From positions 11,613 to 75,612 of the forward strand of contig JAILIC010000146.1 in NCBI GenBank assembly GCA_024695475.1: a stretch of DNA of 64,000 nt. Reading direction: 5' to 3'. Under the pieces are notes generated by a model that saw nothing but the letters and a program-made list of their open reading frames with translations, ran no database searches and had not been told where the DNA came from. This DNA is from Treponema sp. Its GTDB lineage: Bacteria > Spirochaetota > Spirochaetia > Treponematales > Treponemataceae. Below are positions 58,626 through 64,000 of this stretch, piece by piece. Position 1 is the first letter of the stretch; the number at the start of each line of letters is the position of its first letter. A program made the position numbers and the translations under genes.

Positions 58626-59853
58626 CAATCAAGATTCTTTTCACATACAAACAAATACAGACAATCCCTTTATTGAAGTAGAGCATTTTCAAATCTGCAA
58701 GCATAATCAGCAATCCCCTGGAGATGTCTTTTTTTCTGAAAAAGACCAGGATACAGGAAGAACTGTTTTAACACTGTCAGATGGCCTGGGAAGCGGTATA
58801 AAAGCAAATGTTTTGGCAACATTAACAGCAACAATGGCAACCAAATTTGTTGTCAACAATATTGCGATTTCTCGTGCTGCAGAAATCATAATGAATACAC
58901 TCCCTATTGATAAAGAAAAGAGGATTAGTTATGCGACATTCACCATTCTTGATATTAAGCCAGATGCTTCTGTAACAATCATAGAATATGATAATCCGCC
59001 CTATTTACTTGTCCGGCAAAAAACAATCGTTGAACCAATTAAAGAATGTACCCCATTTAAAAGACGTAATAAAAAGTATGCTCCTTTAATGCAACCCATA
59101 CTTCATTATTCTTCATATAAAGCAAATCCTGGTGATAGAATCATCTTCTTTAGTGATGGAGTATCCCAAGCAGGATTGGGTACAAAAGAACATCCTTTTG
59201 GGTGGGGTGTTGAAAATGCACACGAGTATACATTAGATTGCATCAAAAAAAATCCAGTGATAAGTGCAAGAGAATTAGCACATGCAATCGTACAAAAAGC
59301 AGTAGAAATCGATTCTTGCTATCCAAAAGATGATATTTCCTGTGGAGTCGTTTATTTTAGAGCTCCACGAGATACTTTGATATTAACAGGCCCTCCTATG
59401 CATCCAGAAAGTGACAATGATCTCATTTCAATATTCAATGCATTCAAAGGCAAAAAAATTATCTCTGGAGGCACAACAGCCAACATCATATCGAGAGGAA
59501 TTAATCAAAAGATAAAAATGGATTTAAAGCATTTTGATGTTGATATTCCCCCTTTTTCAACAATGGAAGGTGTTGACCTTATAACAGAAGGCATCATAAC
59601 ACTCAATGCTGTTACAGACATGCTTGAAACGGGGACCTTTGCTCTTTTTACTGATGATAATGCCGCCACTCGTATGACCGATATACTTATGAATTCTGAT
59701 CGTATTTACTTTGTTGTCGGTACCAAAATAAATGAAGCACACCAAGATCCTGCATTACCTGAAAGTCTTGAAATTCGACGCAATATAATAAAACGTATGG
59801 CCTCACTTTTACAGGACAGATATCTTAAAGAAATACATATTCGCTATATATAA
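58600..59853 (+). CDS. PP2C/SpoIIE-family protein phosphatase with uncharacterised C-terminal domain
   Basis: SPGDVFFSEKD...LTLSDGLGSGIKANVLA, IIFFSDGVSQAG, DDISCGVVYF. A tail of about 150 aa (KKIISGGTTANIISRG...) is not recognised. Alternative start ATG 58618 (ATGTGTAA overlap with the hydS stop). Confidence 0.8.
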   Translation: MKKQITMCNNQDSFHIQTNTDNPFIEVEHFQICKHNQQSPGDVFFSEKDQDTGRTVLTLSDGLGSGIKANVLATLTATMATKFVVNNIAISRAAEIIMNTLPIDKEKRISYATFTILDIKPDASVTIIEYDNPPYLLVRQKTIVEPIKECTPFKRRNKKYAPLMQPILHYSSYKANPGDRIIFFSDGVSQAGLGTKEHPFGWGVENAHEYTLDCIKKNPVISARELAHAIVQKAVEIDSCYPKDDISCGVVYFRAPRDTLILTGPPMHPESDNDLISIFNAFKGKKIISGGTTANIISRGINQKIKMDLKHFDVDIPPFSTMEGVDLITEGIITLNAVTDMLETGTFALFTDDNAATRMTDILMNSDRIYFVVGTKINEAHQDPALPESLEIRRNIIKRMASLLQDRYLKEIHIRYI

Positions 59854-59903
59854 TGTAACTATCCTAAATAATATAAATTTGATATAGTACAATGGAGAAC
59901 GAT

Positions 59904-60179
59904 ATGAAAACCAAAATTAAAGTAGAAATTTGTGCTGGTACAGCATGCTTTGTCATGGGTGCATCCGAAATTATGTTGCTTCCTGATCATATCCCCGACT
60001 CTCTCAATGATGTTGTCGATATAGAAATTGAAGGTGCTAATTGTATGGAGGAATGTAAAAACAACTCTGCGGGACGTCCTCCATTTGTAAAAATAAATGG
60101 GGAACTTATCCCAGAAGCAAATGTCATGACCGTTCTAAATAAAATTTATGAAATAGCAGGTATACACACAGATGCTTAA
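59904..60179 (+). CDS. thioredoxin-like [2Fe-2S] ferredoxin (NuoE/HydC-like)
   Basis: Cx4C (CAGTAC) and Cx3C (CMEEC) pairs. Preferred start is ATG 59904, 6 nt after GGAG (track ORF starts at 59892). Confidence 0.7.
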   Translation: MKTKIKVEICAGTACFVMGASEIMLLPDHIPDSLNDVVDIEIEGANCMEECKNNSAGRPPFVKINGELIPEANVMTVLNKIYEIAGIHTDA

Positions 60180-61653
60180 TATAAATAATGATGTTTCACA
60201 CAAAAAAAATGAGATTCTTGTTCAAATCATTAAAGCAATGATGAACAAGTCTCTGGAAAATGATGTTCATTTCATACCACGCAAGATGGTACCTCGTGAT
60301 GCAACACCAAAAACATGTTGTATATTTCACGACAGAGAATTATTGCGACAGCGTACTATAGCACAGCTCGGTTTTTCACTAGAAGAATATGATGATGAAA
60401 AGCCTCTTGCCTTATATGCAAAAGAAGCTCTTGCTCGCGAAAAACCTTCTATGCCTATTCTTACGTTTTTGCATGAAGCTTGTAATGCCTGTGTTACATC
60501 TCACTATCTGGTTACCAATGCTTGCCAAGGCTGTCTTGCCAGACCTTGTATGATGAACTGCCCTAAAAAAGCTATCACTGTTGGTAAACAAGCAACTATC
60601 GATGCAACAAAATGTATTAACTGCGGTATGTGTATGCAAAATTGTCCGTACCATGCCATCATCAAAATTCCTGTTCCTTGTGAAGAAGCTTGTCCTGTAG
60701 GTGCCATCACTAAAGATGAACAAGGAAAAGAACGTATCGATTACGATAAATGCATTTTCTGCGGAAACTGTATGCGAAATTGTCCTTTTGGGGCAATTAT
60801 GACAAAGAGCCAACTTGTTGATGTATTTGCTCATATACTTAATGGCAAAAAAGTTGTCGCTATGTATGCACCTGCCATCGCAGCACAGTTTCGTGCTAAA
60901 CCAGGCCAACTCGAATCAGCTCTTAAACAAGCTGGATTTAGCCGTGTATGGGAAGTAGCCATAGGAGCTGATGTCTGTGCTGATAATGAATCTAAAGAAT
61001 TCCAAGAACGCATGGAACGAGGCGATAAGCTGATGACAACATCTTGTTGTCCTGCATACGTCAGAGCTGTACGCGTACATGTACCATCTCTCAATGAATG
61101 TGTTTCTGAGACAAGAACTCCGATGCACTATACGGCAGAAATTGCAAAAAAGGCAGATCCTGATTGTATTACTGTTTTTATAGGTCCTTGTGTTGCAAAA
61201 CGATATGAAGGTGCAAATGATGACCTTGTAGACTACGTCCTTTCCATACAGGATATTGGTGCATTACTTATGGCAAAAAATATTGAAGTCGCATCTCTTG
61301 AGCCAGAGCCTGATTCAATTATACCTACAGCCAGTGGACGTAATTTTGCAGTATCTGGTGGTGTAGCGGAATCAATTAAAGTCCGACTTCCAGATCCTTC
61401 TATACTTCGTCCTGGAGTTATCAACGGATTAAACAAAGCAGGAATGGCACAGCTTGCCACCTATGGTAAAATCAATAGCGGTGCAATGCCTACTCCTCCA
61501 AACTGTGCAAATCTTGTAGAAGTTATGGCATGTGAAGGTGGATGTGTTGGTGGTCCAGCTGTTATTACTAATCCAAAAGTTGCCACAGTGCTCTTAAAAA
61601 ACTACGTTACAGCGGGTGCTATTGATGCTGATAAAATGGCTAAAAAAGAATAA
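60172..61653 (+). CDS. catalytic [FeFe]-hydrogenase, group-B-like (multi-ferredoxin N-terminus)
   Basis: Canonical H-cluster motifs TSCCPAYV, IGPCVAKRYE, EVMACEGGCVGGPA. N-terminal Cys clusters CNACV..CQGCLARPCMMNCP, CINCGMCMQNCP, CEEACP, CIFCGNCMRNCP. 8-nt overlap with the preceding gene. Confidence 0.9.
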   Translation: MLNINNDVSHKKNEILVQIIKAMMNKSLENDVHFIPRKMVPRDATPKTCCIFHDRELLRQRTIAQLGFSLEEYDDEKPLALYAKEALAREKPSMPILTFLHEACNACVTSHYLVTNACQGCLARPCMMNCPKKAITVGKQATIDATKCINCGMCMQNCPYHAIIKIPVPCEEACPVGAITKDEQGKERIDYDKCIFCGNCMRNCPFGAIMTKSQLVDVFAHILNGKKVVAMYAPAIAAQFRAKPGQLESALKQAGFSRVWEVAIGADVCADNESKEFQERMERGDKLMTTSCCPAYVRAVRVHVPSLNECVSETRTPMHYTAEIAKKADPDCITVFIGPCVAKRYEGANDDLVDYVLSIQDIGALLMAKNIEVASLEPEPDSIIPTASGRNFAVSGGVAESIKVRLPDPSILRPGVINGLNKAGMAQLATYGKINSGAMPTPPNCANLVEVMACEGGCVGGPAVITNPKVATVLLKNYVTAGAIDADKMAKKE

Positions 61654-61700
61654 TCCCTTAGGATGAACACCTTCTAGTCAATTTATCCGATCCATTTTAC

Positions 61701-61792
61701 GCCCAGACCCCTTGGGCAGGTCACGCCCAGGGTCACACACATCGCTTACCCAGCATCACACACACAGCGTACCCAGACCCCCCCTGGGCGCG
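61701..61792. repeat. second, inverted copy of the GC-rich tandem-repeat element
   Basis: The reverse complement reads GCGCCCAGGGGGGGTCTGGGTACGC[TGTGTGTGATGCTGGGTAAGCG][ATGTGTGTGACCCTGGGCGTGACC]TGCCCAAGGGGTCTGGGC. It has the same caps and units as 16235-16370. Confidence 0.9.
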
Positions 61793-61801
61793 TACAATCA
61801 T

Positions 61802-62059
61802 TTATGTTAGGACAGCCTGACATTGTCTGCATATTTTATTTACTTCTATACCAATGACTAGGTGTACTTCATTGCCACTACGATTCATAACCATTTTTAC
61901 CCCAGGCAAATGTTGTAACACATCCTCGTTTACACAACTTTTATTTTTCACCTGAATACGAAGTCGAGTAAAACAGCTTGTGATTTCCACAATATTTGTA
62001 CGCTCTCCACAAGCATTTACTAACGCCACACAGTCTTCCAGAGTCCAAGTTACTGCCAT
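61802..62059 (-). CDS. stand-alone PTS EIIB domain (glucose family)
   Basis: LVNACGERTNIVEITSCFTRLRIQVKN aligns with E. coli PtsG IIB [27 protein letters not shown], with the active Cys conserved. TAATG overlap with the ptsI stop. Confidence 0.85.
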   Translation of the reverse strand: MAVTWTLEDCVALVNACGERTNIVEITSCFTRLRIQVKNKSCVNEDVLQHLPGVKMVMNRSGNEVHLVIGIEVNKICRQCQAVLT

Positions 62060-63687
62060 TACTCTAACTCCCGTATTTTTTGTTTTATTGGTAACAAGCG
62101 ATTAGGAACAAGTGATAACTTATCAATACCAGATTGTACAAGACGTTCAGTAAGAGATAAATCGGCTCCCAATTCTCCACAAATACTGCAGGTAACTCCA
62201 GCAGCATGTGCATTGCGTATAACCATCTCTATCAAACGTAAAATACTTTCATGATGTGTATCACAATATGCTGTTGCAGCTTGATTTTGCCTATCAACAG
62301 CAAGCGTAAATTGAATAAGGTCATTAGTACCTATACTAAAAAAAGACACTTCTTTTGCAAGTAGATCGCTGATAATTGCTGCGGCAGGCGTTTCTATCAT
62401 AATGCCAATGTCTACACGATTTGAGTGTGGAACATCCTGTTTTTCTAAATCAGCAGAAGCAGCAAGTACACTAGCCTTTGCTCGACGTATTTCTGAAACA
62501 GAACATACCATAGGAAACATAATACTTACAGGTCCTGCTTTTGCCGCTCGCAGAATAGCCTTCAACTGAACATCAAATAGATCTTGACGCTCAAAACACA
62601 ATCTCAAACCTCTAATACCAAGAGCTGGATTTTCTTCATGCTCTAACGGAATACAATCTGTCTGTTTATCAGCTCCAATATCCAATGTACGAATAACAAG
62701 CGGTTTACCATCCAGCTTTTTTACAGCCTTCGTATATACATCTGCTAATTCATCTTCTGACGGCAACGTATTTCGCCCCATATACAGAAATTCACTACGG
62801 AATAATCCAATGCCTTCTGCACCTAGTGCCAGAGCCTCATCAACATCCTTTAACGAACCTGCATTAGCATACAAAAGTACTTTAGTACCACTTTTTGTAA
62901 TCGCAGGTAAGTGTATAAGACGTCGTAAATCTTTCTGCCTTTTCTTAAAAAAGAATATCTCTTTTTCTGCGTTTTGTACTTTATCTATATCAGGGTCAAA
63001 ACAAACTGCTCCTGTAGAGCCATTAACAATGCATAACTTTCCCTGTATGTCATCTTCTGTATATGTTATTCCTGGAGTAATCACCGCCGGAATTCCTAAA
63101 GAACGGGCAAGTATAGAGGTATGATTTGTGGAACTGCCTCGTGAACAAACAAGTCCCAAAAGCTGTGAGCGGTCAAATAAAAAAGTCATGCTGGGAGTAA
63201 TTTCATTAGCAACAAGAATTATTTTTTTATCCGGGGAAGGTTGTTTTACACTTTGATTACCATTTAAATGTCGTAAAACACGTTGTGCGACATCTGAAAT
63301 ATCGACACCACGGTCTGCTATATAGTTACTGCCGGATTCGGCAAGATCTTGCGAAAATTCTTGAGCAGCCTGCAAGACAGCCACCTGTGCAGAACATCTT
63401 TCTTTGACAATGAGCTCTACCATACGAGTTCTAAAATCATCATCCTGCAACATCATACAATGAATCATAAAGATATCTGCAACACTTTCTCCTTCAGATT
63501 CGAGTGCTTTTTCATACAATTCATTTAACTCGCCTGCGGCGGCATCAAGACTGCTATTTAATTTGTGAATTTCTTTTTCGATGTCATCAATATGAGAGGC
63601 AACAGGCGAGGCTTCCGTATTTGCCATAAAAAAGACAGAACCTAGAGTAATTCCTTCAGATATAGGAATTCCAATATATTCAGTCAT
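62059..63687 (-). CDS. ptsI: phosphoenolpyruvate-protein phosphotransferase (PTS enzyme I)
   Basis: RGSSTNHTSILARSLGIPAV (active His), GLFRSEFLYM, FFSIGTNDLIQFTLAVDR, catalytic Cys in SICGELG. Confidence 0.95.
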   Translation of the reverse strand: MTEYIGIPISEGITLGSVFFMANTEASPVASHIDDIEKEIHKLNSSLDAAAGELNELYEKALESEGESVADIFMIHCMMLQDDDFRTRMVELIVKERCSAQVAVLQAAQEFSQDLAESGSNYIADRGVDISDVAQRVLRHLNGNQSVKQPSPDKKIILVANEITPSMTFLFDRSQLLGLVCSRGSSTNHTSILARSLGIPAVITPGITYTEDDIQGKLCIVNGSTGAVCFDPDIDKVQNAEKEIFFFKKRQKDLRRLIHLPAITKSGTKVLLYANAGSLKDVDEALALGAEGIGLFRSEFLYMGRNTLPSEDELADVYTKAVKKLDGKPLVIRTLDIGADKQTDCIPLEHEENPALGIRGLRLCFERQDLFDVQLKAILRAAKAGPVSIMFPMVCSVSEIRRAKASVLAASADLEKQDVPHSNRVDIGIMIETPAAAIISDLLAKEVSFFSIGTNDLIQFTLAVDRQNQAATAYCDTHHESILRLIEMVIRNAHAAGVTCSICGELGADLSLTERLVQSGIDKLSLVPNRLLPIKQKIRELE

Positions 63688-63689
63688 TA

Positions 63690-63944
63690 CTATTGTGCTC
63701 CAATTTGTGCAGTAATCGTTGTAAAAGCTTCTTCTTCATCTTCTCCGTCAAAAATAAGCGTAATGAGATCTCCTTTTTTGATTCCCATTTTAAGTATCGA
63801 AAACAATTTTTTACAATCAGCTTCTTTGCCATTACATTGCAGAGTAATCTTACTTTTAAATGTCGAAGAAGTTTTTACTAACTCACCAGCAGGACGTGCA
63901 TGAATTCCTGCATCGTTTTTTATTACATACTCAAACTTTCTCAT
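63690..63944 (-). CDS. ptsH: phosphocarrier protein HPr (His15 present, Ser46 replaced by Lys)
   Basis: Preferred start is ATG 63944, 9 nt after GGAG. MRKFEYVIKNDAGIHARPAGELVK...NGKEADCKKLFSILKMGIKKGD aligns without gaps to E. coli HPr (..NGLHTRPAA...NGKSASAKSLFKLQTLGL). Confidence 0.88.
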   Translation of the reverse strand: MRKFEYVIKNDAGIHARPAGELVKTSSTFKSKITLQCNGKEADCKKLFSILKMGIKKGDLITLIFDGEDEEEAFTTITAQIGAQ

Positions 63945-64000
63945 AAATAAACGCTCCACGCTACGGTCTATTTATACCAAACTCGTTTTGCAAAAAATTC

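Overview
AT-rich, densely coding 64-kb chromosomal segment with about 55 genes. It is best explained as a spirochaete, probably Treponema-like, core-genome region. This is inference only. It rests on a long archaeal/eukaryal-type PheRS alpha subunit without an adjacent pheT, a lipoprotein MglB collinear with E. coli MglB only after circular permutation and followed by mglA and mglC, a BspA-type LRR protein, and many lipoboxes. Most genes are housekeeping: apbE, aspS, trkAH, rlmB-like, mntP, mglBAC, pmm/pgm, lacZ, mscS, nth, metK, ftsK, pfk, pheS, dus, tatD, ptsHI. By eye I found no transposase, integrase, phage genes, CRISPR array, tRNA or rRNA. I see no clear-cut novel defence-type system. 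The most interesting parts are: (1) a putative H2-sensing locus with a HydS-type sensory [FeFe]-hydrogenase carrying a PAS domain, a PP2C/SpoIIE phosphatase, a thioredoxin-like 2Fe-2S protein and a group-B-like catalytic [FeFe]-hydrogenase (56.9-61.7 kb). (2) A GC-rich structured 23-nt tandem-repeat element present twice in inverted orientation (16.2 kb and 61.7 kb), bracketing about 45 kb. (3) A ptsH-ptsI operon ending in an orphan EIIB(Glc) domain with no EIIC or EIIA, whose HPr lacks Ser46. (4) A run of five exported proteins without enzymatic motifs (LPP20-like, LRR, ankyrin lipoprotein), part of it visibly more AT-rich (11-16 kb). (5) An M23 peptidase, bactofilin, DUF327 and PSP1 operon behind a consensus sigma70 promoter with a palindrome at the start site. 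(6) A thioester alpha-2-macroglobulin paired with PBP1C. (7) Lys/Ala-rich helical N-terminal extensions on MglC and on a degenerate HlyIII-like protein. All calls come from reading the translations and DNA by eye. No database search or computation was run.
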